The notes below the pieces were generated by a model. That model saw only the letters and a program-made list of their open reading frames with translations. It did not search any database and was not told where the DNA came from. Shown here piece by piece: positions 52,428 through 62,627 of a stretch of 64,000 nt of DNA (its first letter is position 1; every line of letters begins with the position of its first letter). Position numbers and translations under genes: made by a program. Source of the DNA: Sphingomonas sp. (lineage in GTDB: Bacteria; Pseudomonadota; Alphaproteobacteria; Sphingomonadales; Sphingomonadaceae); contig JAKFUZ010000022.1 in assembly GCA_021732445.1 (NCBI GenBank), positions 2,218 through 66,217 of the forward strand, in the 5' to 3' direction.

Positions 52428-53546
52428 TCAGCCGCGTTGTACCCTTAGGCCAATAAGTGGTCGCAGCCACGCGATCTCGCGGCCGATCCGGTAGAACAGC
52501 CAGCACCCGGTGAGCGTTGCCAGCAGCAGTACGATGAATTCCGCCGCCGGGTGCAGCCCAAAGCGCAGCAGTTCGCCTTGCGTAACGACGATGATCGTCT
52601 GATGAATGAGGTAGAAGGGGAACACGCCTTCGTTCAGCACCTTGCGCCATGGATGGTCGCGGTTGAGGAACCGGTCGGCGATGCCGATCAGCGCGATGAT
52701 GGCGCCCCAGCTCTGCACCGCGCGGGCGGCGCCGAACGCGAACCACTCCCCCGGCGACATGCGCGCCGGACCCAGATAGGCAAGCTCGATGCTCGCGACC
52801 ACGGCATAACCCAGCACGGCCAGCACTGCGCCCGCGCCCCACCAGCGCCGGATGGCGGCCCATAAAGCGGGGCTTTCGCGCAAGTGAAAACCGAACAGAA
52901 ACATCATGAAATAGGGGCGGTGGACCGGCCCGTCGTCGATCAGCGCGTGCGTTTCGGGAAAACCGGGATAATCATAGGCCCAGTTGCCAATCAGCAAAGC
53001 CATCGGCACCGCCAGTATCAGCGCGCCGCCCAGCGCCCGGTCGGCGCCGTGCGCCACCGCCGCCTTCACGCGCGCTGGCAGCGCCGCCAGCAACAGCGCG
53101 AGCAGCATCGTGTAAATCCACAGATACACCACAAACCACAGATGCTGCCACGTTGGCAGCACCAGCCCGTCGAGCATGCCGAACCGGAAGTAATCGTGCA
53201 GCCAGAAATGGATAAGGCCATGCGGATAGCCATTTTTTGTGGCAATCTCCACCCAGGGTTGTGGCGGTATGATGACGATGATCGCCGTGACCGCGGGCAC
53301 CAGCAGCCGCAAGCTGCGCTGCCAGGCAAAGGCGCCAGGCGCTGCGCGGGTGCCGAAAATCGCGCGGCTGGCATAGCCCGAAACCACAAACAGCAGCGGC
53401 AGCCGCCACGCATTCACCGCCTGCATGGGGATTTGCAGGCCCTCTATCGGGTGCGCGGTTTTCACGTGATAGTTCCACGGCACGAACACCATGCCGATAT
53501 GGTAGACGATCAGCAGGGCAAACGCGCCGATGCGCAACCAGTCCAT
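52428..53546 (-). CDS. acyltransferase family 3 membrane protein (OpgC-like)
   Basis: ORF trimmed to MDWLRIGAFALLIVYHIGMVF. ~10 TM segments, typical AT3 architecture. Confidence 0.8.
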   Translation of the reverse strand: MDWLRIGAFALLIVYHIGMVFVPWNYHVKTAHPIEGLQIPMQAVNAWRLPLLFVVSGYASRAIFGTRAAPGAFAWQRSLRLLVPAVTAIIVIIPPQPWVEIATKNGYPHGLIHFWLHDYFRFGMLDGLVLPTWQHLWFVVYLWIYTMLLALLLAALPARVKAAVAHGADRALGGALILAVPMALLIGNWAYDYPGFPETHALIDDGPVHRPYFMMFLFGFHLRESPALWAAIRRWWGAGAVLAVLGYAVVASIELAYLGPARMSPGEWFAFGAARAVQSWGAIIALIGIADRFLNRDHPWRKVLNEGVFPFYLIHQTIIVVTQGELLRFGLHPAAEFIVLLLATLTGCWLFYRIGREIAWLRPLIGLRVQRG

Positions 53547-53761
53547 GCCGAAATGTCGACCCAATGCACGCTCCCAGCGCCGCTCGCCGGCTTTTTTCCC
53601 GGAACATCCGGGCAGGCGGTGCAGCACCCGCTATCGGGCGCAATTCCGTGCAAGGCAACGAAAAACCAGCGGGGGCGTGCGGCGATTGTGCCGCAAACAC
53701 CCTTGCCCATGTGCGGTTTGGGGGTTTGACCAGCACCCGCGCGACCGGGTAAAGGGGTGCC

Positions 53762-54892
53762 ATGTCCTCAATCCGTCCCTGGCGCGATATCATCCGCCGC
53801 AAGAGCCGCCAGATCATGATCGGCAATGTCCCCGTTGGCGGGGATGCCCCGGTCACCGTGCAGACAATGACCAATACGCCGACGGAAGATGCCGCGGCGA
53901 CGATTGGCCAGATCAGGCGCTGCGAAGAAGCGGGCGCCGACATCATTCGGGTGTCGTGCCCCGATGTCGAGTCGACCGCTGCGCTGAAACAGATTGTGCG
54001 GGCAGCGCGGGTGCCGATCGTGGCGGACATCCACTTCCACTACAAGCGCGCGCTTGAGGCGGCCGATGCGGGTGCTGCATGCCTGCGCATCAACCCGGGC
54101 AATATCGGCTCGGCAGAGCGGGTGCGCGAAGTGGTGAACGCCGCCAAGGCAAATGGCTGTGCGATCCGCATCGGCGTGAATGCCGGCAGCCTTGAGAAAG
54201 ACCTGCTCGAAAAATATGGGGAGCCTTGCCCGGAGGCGCTCGTTGAATCCGCGCTAGACCATATCAAGCTGTTGCAGGACCATGATTTCCACGAATTCAA
54301 GGTCGCGGTGAAGGCATCTGACCTGTTTCTGGCGGTGGCCGCCTATCAGCAACTCGCCGAAGTGGTCGATTGCCCCCTGCATCTCGGTATTACCGAAGCG
54401 GGCGGCTTCGTTGGCGGCACGGTCAAATCCGCAATCGGCATCGGCTCGCTGCTGTGGTATGGCATTGGGGACACCATCCGCGTCTCGCTTTCCGCCGAGC
54501 CTGAAGATGAAGTGCGGGTGGGCTTCGAGATTTTGAAGGCGCTCGGCATCCGCAATCGCGGGGTGCGCGTCGTTTCGTGTCCGTCCTGCGCGCGGCAGGG
54601 CTTTGACGTTATTCGTACGGTGCAGGCGCTTGAAGAACGGCTCCAGCACATCCGCACGCCAATGTCGCTTTCGGTGCTTGGCTGCGTGGTGAACGGCCCG
54701 GGTGAAGCGCGCGAAACCGATATCGGCCTCACCGGCGGCGGCAATGGCAAACATATGGTGTATCTGTCAGGCGTCACGGACCATACCGTGCAGAGCGAGG
54801 ACATGATCGAGCATATCGTGCAGCTCGTCGAGGCCAGGGCGGCCGAGCTTGATGCAGCAGATGCGGCCAAGGCAGCCGTCGCGGCTGAATAA
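53762..54892 (+). CDS. ispG: 4-hydroxy-3-methylbut-2-en-1-yl diphosphate synthase
   Basis: [25 protein letters not shown] and CPSCARQ...GCVVNGPGE (Fe-S cysteines). Confidence 0.95.
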   Translation: MSSIRPWRDIIRRKSRQIMIGNVPVGGDAPVTVQTMTNTPTEDAAATIGQIRRCEEAGADIIRVSCPDVESTAALKQIVRAARVPIVADIHFHYKRALEAADAGAACLRINPGNIGSAERVREVVNAAKANGCAIRIGVNAGSLEKDLLEKYGEPCPEALVESALDHIKLLQDHDFHEFKVAVKASDLFLAVAAYQQLAEVVDCPLHLGITEAGGFVGGTVKSAIGIGSLLWYGIGDTIRVSLSAEPEDEVRVGFEILKALGIRNRGVRVVSCPSCARQGFDVIRTVQALEERLQHIRTPMSLSVLGCVVNGPGEARETDIGLTGGGNGKHMVYLSGVTDHTVQSEDMIEHIVQLVEARAAELDAADAAKAAVAAE

Positions 54893-54953
54893 TCTGCCAG
54901 GCAGTGCTCGCCGCATTAGCAGGGCTTTAAGCGCCTTGTGCTAGCCGGGCAGC

Positions 54954-55505
54954 ATGCGGATCGCGCTATCATCAATGGTCGTTGGCGGGGTTGTGCTTGG
55001 CCTGATGCTGCCAATGAGCAGGCCGTCGGCACCGCCAGCGGGCGCGCCGGGCGCACCGGGCGCACCGGGCGCCAAAGTATCTGCGCCGCCGCCGGCATTG
55101 CCTGCCGCATCGTCGCCCGCCACGCCGCCGCCCATCGCCTCGCTTGGCGGAACCATCCTGCAGCGCGGGCCATCCGGCCATTTTCAGGCAGCAGCGCAGG
55201 TCAACGCGGTGGCGGTCGACTTTGTGGTGGATACCGGCGCTGACACCGTGGCGCTTACCCAGGCCGATGCGATGCGGGCAAATGTGGCCTTCGACCCCGC
55301 GCAGTTCACGGTCATCGGTCAGGGCGCCTCGGGCCCGGTGCGCGGACAATTGGTGACGATTGGCAGCATCATCCTGGATGGCAAGGAAGCGGTGAATGTC
55401 GAGGGCGTCGTGCTCGAATCGGGCGCGCAGTCGCTGCTCGGCCACAGCTATCTGCGGCACGTGGCGTCGGTCGAGATTGCCGGCGATACGATGCGGCTGC
55501 GCTGA
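54954..55505 (+). CDS. membrane-anchored retropepsin-like (clan AA) aspartic protease
   Basis: An N-terminal TM segment is followed by a Pro/Ala/Gly linker (GAPGAPGAPGA) and a single DTG motif VDFVVDTGADTVALT. Confidence 0.8.
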   Translation: MRIALSSMVVGGVVLGLMLPMSRPSAPPAGAPGAPGAPGAKVSAPPPALPAASSPATPPPIASLGGTILQRGPSGHFQAAAQVNAVAVDFVVDTGADTVALTQADAMRANVAFDPAQFTVIGQGASGPVRGQLVTIGSIILDGKEAVNVEGVVLESGAQSLLGHSYLRHVASVEIAGDTMRLR

Positions 55506-55529
55506 GGCCGCTGGCGGCGTAATCCCTGC

Positions 55530-56459
55530 GTGACGACGCCCGGTGGCTGGGCTATCGGCCTGCTCATGGCGCGCTCAACCGACATGACTGCCTTTGGCGT
55601 GGCGGCGCTGGGCATCTTCACCTATTCGATCATGGACGCGATCATGAAGGCGCTCAGCATCGCCAATGGTGCCTATTCGGCCGTGTTGTGGCGCTCAGTG
55701 GCGGGCAGCGTCATGGTGGGCGCGGTGTTTGTCGCGCGTCGCCAGCCATGGCCGGGCGGACCGGCGCTCAGGCTGCACCTGTTGCGGGGCACGGCGGCGG
55801 GGCTGTCGGTTTTGTCGTTCTTCTGGGGGCTGGCGCGGGTGCCGATGGCGCAAAGCGTTGCGCTAACCTTTCTGGCGCCGCTGATAGCGCTGTTTCTTGC
55901 CGGGCTGGTGCTTGGTGAAAAGATCAGGCGCGCGGCGGTTTATGGCTCGCTGGTGGCGAGCCTTGGGGTGCTGGTCATTGCGACGGGGCAGGCGCGCAGC
56001 GGCGCCTCGACCGACACGTTGCTCGGGTCGGCGGCGATTATTTTCGCCTCGGTGCTTTACGCCGCGAGCCTCATTCTGCTGCGCCAGCAGGCACAGGTTG
56101 CAACCCCGATGGAAGTGACACTGTTCACCAGCCTGGTCATCGCGCTCCTGATGCTGGCCGGTGCGCCGTGGCTGGCGGTTTGGCCGCGCCTGGACCAGCT
56201 GCCGATTATCACGGCGGCCGCGGTGATCGGCTCGGCCTCGGCATGGATGCTCGCCTGGGCATATGGCCGGGCGGAGACGCAATTGCTGGCGCAGGTTGAA
56301 TATACCGCTTTTCTGTGGGCCGCAGCGCTTGGCTGGCTGGTATTTGGCGAGCAGGTTTCGCTGTTTACGGTGGCAGGTGCCGCGCTCATCATTGCGGGGT
56401 GCGTGGTTGCGGTGCGTGGCCCGCGCGTGGCAGCACCCCAGTCAGAGGCCGCTGCATGA
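55530..56459 (+). CDS. DMT-superfamily (EamA-type) transporter
   Basis: ~10 TM segments in two EamA-like halves. The start is uncertain (GTG 55530, ATG 55566 or ATG 55584). Confidence 0.8.
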   Translation: MTTPGGWAIGLLMARSTDMTAFGVAALGIFTYSIMDAIMKALSIANGAYSAVLWRSVAGSVMVGAVFVARRQPWPGGPALRLHLLRGTAAGLSVLSFFWGLARVPMAQSVALTFLAPLIALFLAGLVLGEKIRRAAVYGSLVASLGVLVIATGQARSGASTDTLLGSAAIIFASVLYAASLILLRQQAQVATPMEVTLFTSLVIALLMLAGAPWLAVWPRLDQLPIITAAAVIGSASAWMLAWAYGRAETQLLAQVEYTAFLWAAALGWLVFGEQVSLFTVAGAALIIAGCVVAVRGPRVAAPQSEAAA

Positions 56460-56487
56460 TGCCGGCGTTTGCCCTGCGGCTGGCTGC

Positions 56488-57021
56488 CTAACCCGCTGCC
56501 TGCGCCCGGGCGATCGCTTCCATCACGATCTGCCGGGCTTCGGCCGCGTCGCCCCATTTGCCCACGCGAACCCATTTCTCCGGCTCCAGGTCTTTGTAAT
56601 GGGTGAAGAAATGCTCGATTTGCTGAAGCACGATCGAGGGCAGGTCGGTGCGCTCGCCCACGTCTGAATAATAAGGGAAGGTGGTGTCCACCGGCACGCA
56701 GATCAGCTTTTCATCGCCGCCATGCTCGTCTTCGAGATTGAGCACGCCGATCGGGCGGGCGCGCACAACGCAGCCCGGAATGAAGGGCGAGCGTGCAATG
56801 ATGAGCGCGTCGAGCGGGTCGCCATCGGGAGAAAGCGTGTGCGGCACAAACCCGTAATTGGCCGGATAGCGCATGGGCGTGTGCAAAATCCGGTCGACGA
56901 ACAGCGCGCCAGATGCCTTGTCGAATTCATATTTCACGGGCTCGCCGCCCACCGGCACTTCGATGATGACGTTCAGGCTGTTGGGCGGATCATTGCCCAC
57001 CGGCACCATGTCGATACGCAT
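56488..57021 (-). CDS. ppa: inorganic pyrophosphatase
   Basis: VIIEVPVGGEPVKYEFDK...YPANYGFVPHTLSPDGDPLDAL is the family I PPase signature. Confidence 0.95.
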   Translation of the reverse strand: MRIDMVPVGNDPPNSLNVIIEVPVGGEPVKYEFDKASGALFVDRILHTPMRYPANYGFVPHTLSPDGDPLDALIIARSPFIPGCVVRARPIGVLNLEDEHGGDEKLICVPVDTTFPYYSDVGERTDLPSIVLQQIEHFFTHYKDLEPEKWVRVGKWGDAAEARQIVMEAIARAQAAG

Positions 57022-57030
57022 GTCTGTTCC

Positions 57031-58947
57031 CTATCTGGCGGCGAGCAGCCGGTCCAGCCCAGCGTCTGCGGAACCCGTTTTCTGAAGCCGCGGATAGCGC
57101 AGGCCGCCATGATAGTCGATACGCGTCTCGGTGATCTGCTCGCCATTTTTGATGACCAGCACGATGGGCGCCTTGTCAGTCTTGGCGGCGGTGATCGCCT
57201 CCTTCAGCCGGTCGGGCGTGAAGGTTTGCCCGGCAACGGCGGTGATGCTGTCGCCCACCGTCAGCCCGGCATCGAAAGCCGGGCTGCCCCAGGCGACGCT
57301 GCTGATGTCGCCCATTGGCCCCACGCCAAGCCCGATCGAAAAGCTTAGATCGGTGCGCTTGCGCTGTTTTTCCACCGCTTTGAAGTAATTGGTTGGCGTG
57401 TCGGTATAGACCAGCGTGTAGCCATTGGCCGCAAAGCCGCCGAGCGGTGCCGGGGCGCCCGTTTCATCCAGCCGCTGGCGCAGAAAGCCGGCCCAGTCAT
57501 AAGGGACAAGCGTGTTGAGGGTGGCCGCCACATCGTCGAAACTATAGGTAACTTCACCCCAGTCGCCATCATTAATGCCGAAAAACGCGCGGGCAAAATC
57601 ATCCATCGACTTGGTGCCGCCGGATTTGGCCCGGAGGATGGAATCAACTTCCATCCACACCAGCAGCCCTTCATTGTAATAATCTTCCGAGCGCTGCCAG
57701 CTTGCCCAGCCCTTGGGCGCGCGGCGCGACATGGTGGGGTCGTTGGTGGTGTCTTGCAGCGGGCGCCACTGGCGCGCGACCGTCGCGTCGAGATTGGCCA
57801 TGATATAGGCATAGGAATCGAGCGTGTCCTGCTTGCTGACAATGCCCGAGCGCGCACCGAGCACATAGCCCCAGAACTGCGTTTGCCCTTCATATACCCA
57901 TAACAGGCTGTCGCGCATTGGCGTGCGGTAATCGGGCGTCCACAAATCGGCGCCACGGCGGAATTTGCCGTCCCAGCTATGCGTATATTCGTGCGGCAAC
58001 AGGTTGCGCGCGGGCACGCTGCCCGCCCAGTCTGCAAAATAGCCGGGCTGCACGCCATTTTCAGAGCTGCGGTGATGCTCCAGCCCGATACCGCCAAGCT
58101 GATCGGAGATGGAAAGGAGGAAGTGGTAGTCGTCATAATGCTGAGCGCCAAACAGTTTGACCGCCTGGTCGACCAGCTTTTTATGGGCGTCGACCTGTTC
58201 AGGCGTTGCCAGCAGTTCGGCCGGCTTGTCCGCAAACACATCAAGCGTCACGCGGGGCGACAGCGCAAACGCCTTGTAATAGCGGCCCGCAAGCACGGGT
58301 GAGTCGACCAGCGTTTCGTAATCCGTCTTCTGGTAGCGATAGACCGCGCCGGTTGCGGTTGCGGGCAGCCCCGAGGCCGCCGTCCACCCGGCCGGGTAGG
58401 TGACAATTGCCTCGACCGGAATCTGGCGCGTGAAATAGCCCGCCGGATACAGGCTCATCGAGTTCCACTGCAGGCTGAGCATGGTCGGCGTGGCAACGAT
58501 GCGGCCTTGATTTTCAGCAGTGGCGGAGAGAAATTGCAGCTCGACATCAATCGCCCTGGCGCCCTGCGGCACGTTGATGTGAAACGCATAAACATCCACC
58601 TGATCGCGCTTCCAGGCAAGCGGCTTGCCATCCGCGCTGATTTTCAGGCCGGCCAGTTTTTCGATCTGGCCCGTCGGGGAATGGTTGCCCGGCAGCCATT
58701 TGGGGAACAGCAGCACCATGGGGCCGGCCGCCGCCACCGGAATATGTTCACGAGTGCGAAAAATGCCCCGCCGCACATCGGTTGCGTCGATTGCGAGGGT
58801 GATGGTGCCGGGATAGGGCGTGTCGCGCGCGGCCGGAATGGTGTCGACAATGGCCACTGGCTGGGGCCGGGAATTTCCCGCCAGGGCGGCTGGTGCTCCG
58901 GCGGTCGAGGCAAGCAGCATGGCGGCGACAGAGAATATGCGGGTCAT
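57031..58947 (-). CDS. exported M61-family glycyl aminopeptidase with C-terminal PDZ domain
   Basis: ORF trimmed to MTRIFSVAAMLLASTAGAPAALA|GN. HExxH seen as LLPHEYTHSWDG. C-terminal PDZ-like GLTVGDSITAVAGQ. Confidence 0.85.
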   Translation of the reverse strand: MTRIFSVAAMLLASTAGAPAALAGNSRPQPVAIVDTIPAARDTPYPGTITLAIDATDVRRGIFRTREHIPVAAAGPMVLLFPKWLPGNHSPTGQIEKLAGLKISADGKPLAWKRDQVDVYAFHINVPQGARAIDVELQFLSATAENQGRIVATPTMLSLQWNSMSLYPAGYFTRQIPVEAIVTYPAGWTAASGLPATATGAVYRYQKTDYETLVDSPVLAGRYYKAFALSPRVTLDVFADKPAELLATPEQVDAHKKLVDQAVKLFGAQHYDDYHFLLSISDQLGGIGLEHHRSSENGVQPGYFADWAGSVPARNLLPHEYTHSWDGKFRRGADLWTPDYRTPMRDSLLWVYEGQTQFWGYVLGARSGIVSKQDTLDSYAYIMANLDATVARQWRPLQDTTNDPTMSRRAPKGWASWQRSEDYYNEGLLVWMEVDSILRAKSGGTKSMDDFARAFFGINDGDWGEVTYSFDDVAATLNTLVPYDWAGFLRQRLDETGAPAPLGGFAANGYTLVYTDTPTNYFKAVEKQRKRTDLSFSIGLGVGPMGDISSVAWGSPAFDAGLTVGDSITAVAGQTFTPDRLKEAITAAKTDKAPIVLVIKNGEQITETRIDYHGGLRYPRLQKTGSADAGLDRLLAAR

Positions 58948-59188
58948 GCAGAGAAGCACTTTCGACGGAGTGGGTATCGGCCGCAATAAAGCAGTGGCGG
59001 GCCAGTGCGTCCAGCCCCGGGGGCGGAATTCAGGGGGGTGGCGATGCATTGCTCGGCGGCTTGCAGCGGCGGCACATCTTCCGCAGCGGCCATGGGCGCC
59101 ACTACAGCATTGGCCGATTTGGAAATGGGGTGCGCCTTTACGCAGGCTCTGGCATTCACCGCCAGCCTCGCCTAGATAGCGCGGCTTT

Positions 59189-60451
59189 ATGGCCCGGATT
59201 GAAACCCCCAAGCGCATTCGCGGAACGCAGGACATTTTTGGCGATGACCAGCGCCGGTTTGCGCGGGTAGTTGACGCGTTCGAGCGGGTGCGGCGGCTCT
59301 ATTGCTTCCAGCGGCTTGAGCTGCCGGTGTTCGAATCGACCGCCGTATTCGCGCGGTCGCTTGGCGAGACCACCGATGTCGTGTCGAAGGAAATGTACAG
59401 CTTTGAGGATCGCGGCGGGGACTCGCTCACGCTGCGGCCGGAGTTCACCGCTGGCATTGCGCGCGCCTATCTGACCGAAGGATGGCAGCAATACGCGCCG
59501 CTGAAACTTGCAACGCACGGGGCCGTGTTCCGCTATGAGCGCCCGCAAAAGGGCCGGTTCCGCCAGTTCCACCAGATCGACGCCGAGGTGATCGGTGCGG
59601 CAGAACCGATGGCCGATGTCGAGCTGCTCGTGTTCGCCGACCAGTTGATCCGCGAGCTGGGCATTTCGGACGGGGTGACGCTCCAGCTCAACACGCTGGG
59701 CGATGCCGAAACGCGCGAAGCCTGGCGTGGCGGGCTGGTCGCGCATTTTGAGGCGCACCGGGGGGATTTGAGTGACGACAGTCGCGCAAGGCTCGATCGC
59801 AACCCGATGCGCATTCTCGATAGCAAAGACCCGCGCGACCGGCCGATTGCGGATGCAGCACCCGGCATTGACGGGTTCCTCACGAGCGGGGCGGGGGCGT
59901 TTTTTGAAAGCGTGACCAGGGGGCTGGACGCGGCAGGGGTCGCGTGGACGCGCAACGACCGGCTCGTGCGCGGGCTAGATTATTATCGGCACACGGCGTT
60001 TGAGTTTGTGACGGACCGGCTAGGCGCGCAAGGGACGGTGCTGGCAGGCGGGCGCTATGACGGGCTGATCGAAAGCCTTGGCGGGCCACCAACGCCAGGG
60101 GTTGGCTGGGCGGCTGGTATCGAGCGGCTGGCGATGTTGGTGACGGGCGTGGGCGACGAACGGCCGCAAATCGCGGTCGTCATCGATGCGCCAAATCTGG
60201 AAGCTGATGGCCAACAAATCGTGGCGACCCTTCGCCGAGCCGGCTTGGTTGCCGAAATGGCCTATCGTGGCAATGCGAAACGCCGGCTAGAACTCGCCCG
60301 CAAGCAGCAGGCCATGGGTATATTGTTCGTTCGTGCCGCCGATGTTGAAGGGGCGCGGCTGAGGTTCAATGGCCCAACCGACCTGTTCGCGGCCGCCCTT
60401 GACGCCCTTGGCGGCGGCTGGGGCGGGATGGAGCATGGCTCGGGCCTATGA
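59189..60451 (+). CDS. hisS: histidine--tRNA ligase
   Basis: PKRIRGTQD. Motif 2 [16 protein letters not shown]. Also GGGRYDGL. Confidence 0.95.
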   Translation: MARIETPKRIRGTQDIFGDDQRRFARVVDAFERVRRLYCFQRLELPVFESTAVFARSLGETTDVVSKEMYSFEDRGGDSLTLRPEFTAGIARAYLTEGWQQYAPLKLATHGAVFRYERPQKGRFRQFHQIDAEVIGAAEPMADVELLVFADQLIRELGISDGVTLQLNTLGDAETREAWRGGLVAHFEAHRGDLSDDSRARLDRNPMRILDSKDPRDRPIADAAPGIDGFLTSGAGAFFESVTRGLDAAGVAWTRNDRLVRGLDYYRHTAFEFVTDRLGAQGTVLAGGRYDGLIESLGGPPTPGVGWAAGIERLAMLVTGVGDERPQIAVVIDAPNLEADGQQIVATLRRAGLVAEMAYRGNAKRRLELARKQQAMGILFVRAADVEGARLRFNGPTDLFAAALDALGGGWGGMEHGSGL

Positions 60452-61527
60452 CCACCATCTCCCCTGAGCGCATCGCGCAGATTGAGGCGCGGCGGGATGA
60501 GCTCCAGGCGCTCATGGCGACCGGTGACCTTTCGTCCGAGCGCTTTGTCGCGGTGTCGAAGGAATATGCCGAGGTGGAGCCGGTCGCCAAGGCGGCCTGC
60601 GAAGTGCGGCGGCTGCGCGCGGAACTCGATGTGCTGCACGGCCTGCTCGATGATCCTGCCAATGACGCCGATATCCGCGAGATGGCGCATGACGAAATCG
60701 CGCACATCAAGCAGGCACTGCCGCTGGCGGAGCGCGCGCTGGCGCTGGCGCTGCTGCCGCGCGATGCGGCCGATGAGCGCGCCGCGATGCTGGAAATTCG
60801 CGCAGGCACCGGGGGTGACGAGGCGGCGCTGTTCGCGGGCGACCTGTTCCGCATGTACCAGCGTTATGCTGATGCGCATGGCTGGCGCGTCGAGCTTATT
60901 TCGGCCAGTGCCGCTGAACTTGGGGGCTATAAGGAAGTCGTCGCCTCGGTTGAGGGCAAGGGCGTGTTTGCGCAACTCAAGTTCGAAAGCGGTGTCCACC
61001 GCGTGCAGCGCGTGCCCGCGACCGAGGCCGGCGGGCGGATCCACACGTCCGCTGCTACCGTCGCCGTGCTGCCCGAGGCGGAAGATGTCGATGTAAAAAT
61101 CGATGACAAGGATTTGCGGATCGACATTTATCGTTCGTCCGGCCCTGGCGGGCAGTCCGTCAACACCACCGATTCCGCGGTGCGGATCGTCCATATCCCG
61201 ACGGGGCTGACCGTCATCCAGCAAGACGAAAAGTCGCAGCACAAAAACAAGGCCAAGGCTATGAAGGTGCTGCGGACCCGTCTGTACGAGGCCGAGCGCG
61301 AGCGGCTGCATGCCGAACGGGCAGGCGCCCGCAAGTCGATGGTGGGATCGGGCGACCGCTCGGAGCGCATCCGCACCTATAATTTCCCGCAAGGGCGCGT
61401 GACCGACCACCGCATCAACCTGACGCTCCACCGGCTCCCCGAGATTTTGCAGGGCGAGATGGATGAGTTGATCGGGGCGCTTGTCAGCCAAGACGAGGCC
61501 GAGCGGCTCGCCCAGCTCGATGGCTGA
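60448..61527 (+). CDS. prfA: peptide chain release factor 1
   Basis: PAT tripeptide ([14 protein letters not shown]) and the GGQ motif ([16 protein letters not shown]). ATGA overlap with hisS. Confidence 0.95.
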   Translation: MTTISPERIAQIEARRDELQALMATGDLSSERFVAVSKEYAEVEPVAKAACEVRRLRAELDVLHGLLDDPANDADIREMAHDEIAHIKQALPLAERALALALLPRDAADERAAMLEIRAGTGGDEAALFAGDLFRMYQRYADAHGWRVELISASAAELGGYKEVVASVEGKGVFAQLKFESGVHRVQRVPATEAGGRIHTSAATVAVLPEAEDVDVKIDDKDLRIDIYRSSGPGGQSVNTTDSAVRIVHIPTGLTVIQQDEKSQHKNKAKAMKVLRTRLYEAERERLHAERAGARKSMVGSGDRSERIRTYNFPQGRVTDHRINLTLHRLPEILQGEMDELIGALVSQDEAERLAQLDG

Positions 61528-62353
61528 AACGGTCCGGGCCGCGATTGGCCGGGCCGCCCGCGACTTCGCCGGGTTCAGCCATAGTCCCACGCTCGACGCC
61601 GAGCTGCTGATGGCCCACGCGCTTGGCTGCACCCGCGAGGCGGTGCTGATGGGGTGGCTCGACGAGCCCGCGCCCGCCGGCTTCGTGGCGTTGGTCGCGC
61701 GCCGGCTGACGCACGAACCCATCGCCTATATTACCGGCACCCGCGCGTTCTGGACCGTGGAGATTGGCGTTGGCCCCGGAGCCCTGGTGCCGCGCGCTGA
61801 CAGCGAAACGCTGATCGAGGCGGCGGTTGCGCATTTTTCGCGACACCTGCCGGCCACTATCCTTGATTTGGGCACGGGCCCTGGCACCTTGCTGCTGGCG
61901 GCACTAGCGCAATGGCCAGCGGCGCTGGGGCTGGGCGTTGACCGGTCGGCCGCCGCAATTGCCAGGGCGGGCGCCAATGCTACCCGTAATGGGTTGGACG
62001 CCCGGGCGCGATTTGTGCGGGGAGACTGGGCATCGGCGGTGTCGGCACGGTTCGATCTGGTGCTCGCCAATCCGCCTTATGTGGCGCAAGGCACGCCCCT
62101 GCCGCGCGAGGTGGCAGAGCATGAGCCGCCGCAGGCGCTGTACGCCGGTGCCGATGGCCTGGCCGATTTTGCGCTTATTATCCCGCAGCTAGCGCCGCTT
62201 GTCGCGCCTGGTGGGGTCGCGGTTGTTGAAATTGGTGCGGCGCAGGCAGGCCCCGTGGCGGCGCTATTTGAAGCGAAAGGTTTTGTGCCGTCGCTGCGCC
62301 ATGATCTGGCCGGCCATGCGCGGGCCGTGGTTGCGGTGCCGGTGGCGGGGTGA
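61520..62353 (+). CDS. prmC: release-factor glutamine N5-methyltransferase
   Basis: ORF trimmed to [12 protein letters not shown] motif ILDLGTGPG. Catalytic LANPPYV. 8-nt overlap with prfA. Confidence 0.9.
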   Translation: MAETVRAAIGRAARDFAGFSHSPTLDAELLMAHALGCTREAVLMGWLDEPAPAGFVALVARRLTHEPIAYITGTRAFWTVEIGVGPGALVPRADSETLIEAAVAHFSRHLPATILDLGTGPGTLLLAALAQWPAALGLGVDRSAAAIARAGANATRNGLDARARFVRGDWASAVSARFDLVLANPPYVAQGTPLPREVAEHEPPQALYAGADGLADFALIIPQLAPLVAPGGVAVVEIGAAQAGPVAALFEAKGFVPSLRHDLAGHARAVVAVPVAG

Positions 62354-62627
62354 CCGGCGCCGGCGCGTTGCCTCATAATTCCGCTTGGCGATTGCCGCGC
62401 CAGCGGCTATTGCCGCTCGCAGGGCTCGCGATTGTTGACACTATGTGTTGATAGACGGCCGCTGGCCCTATCCTTCGTCATGAAGCCGCTGACGTCCGGT
62501 GGCCGTGGCAGGCGCCATTTCTTCGCGAGGCGCGGAGCAGCGGCGCCAAAGGACGTGCATCCGCAGATCTGGAGCAGCGCCGGGTTGTTTGGGCAATTAC
62601 GATTTCAGAGTACGAGGACATCAGGAC

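Noticed and set aside
52972-54030. 352-aa minus-strand ORF spanning the acyltransferase/ispG junction, plus the 281-aa plus-strand ORF 52884-53729
   Set aside because: Both cut across well-supported genes or intergenic DNA, and their translations lack any motif.
60262-61722. 486-aa minus-strand ORF antisense to prfA
   Set aside because: prfA is unambiguous (PAT and GGQ motifs). The antisense ORF is an artefact.
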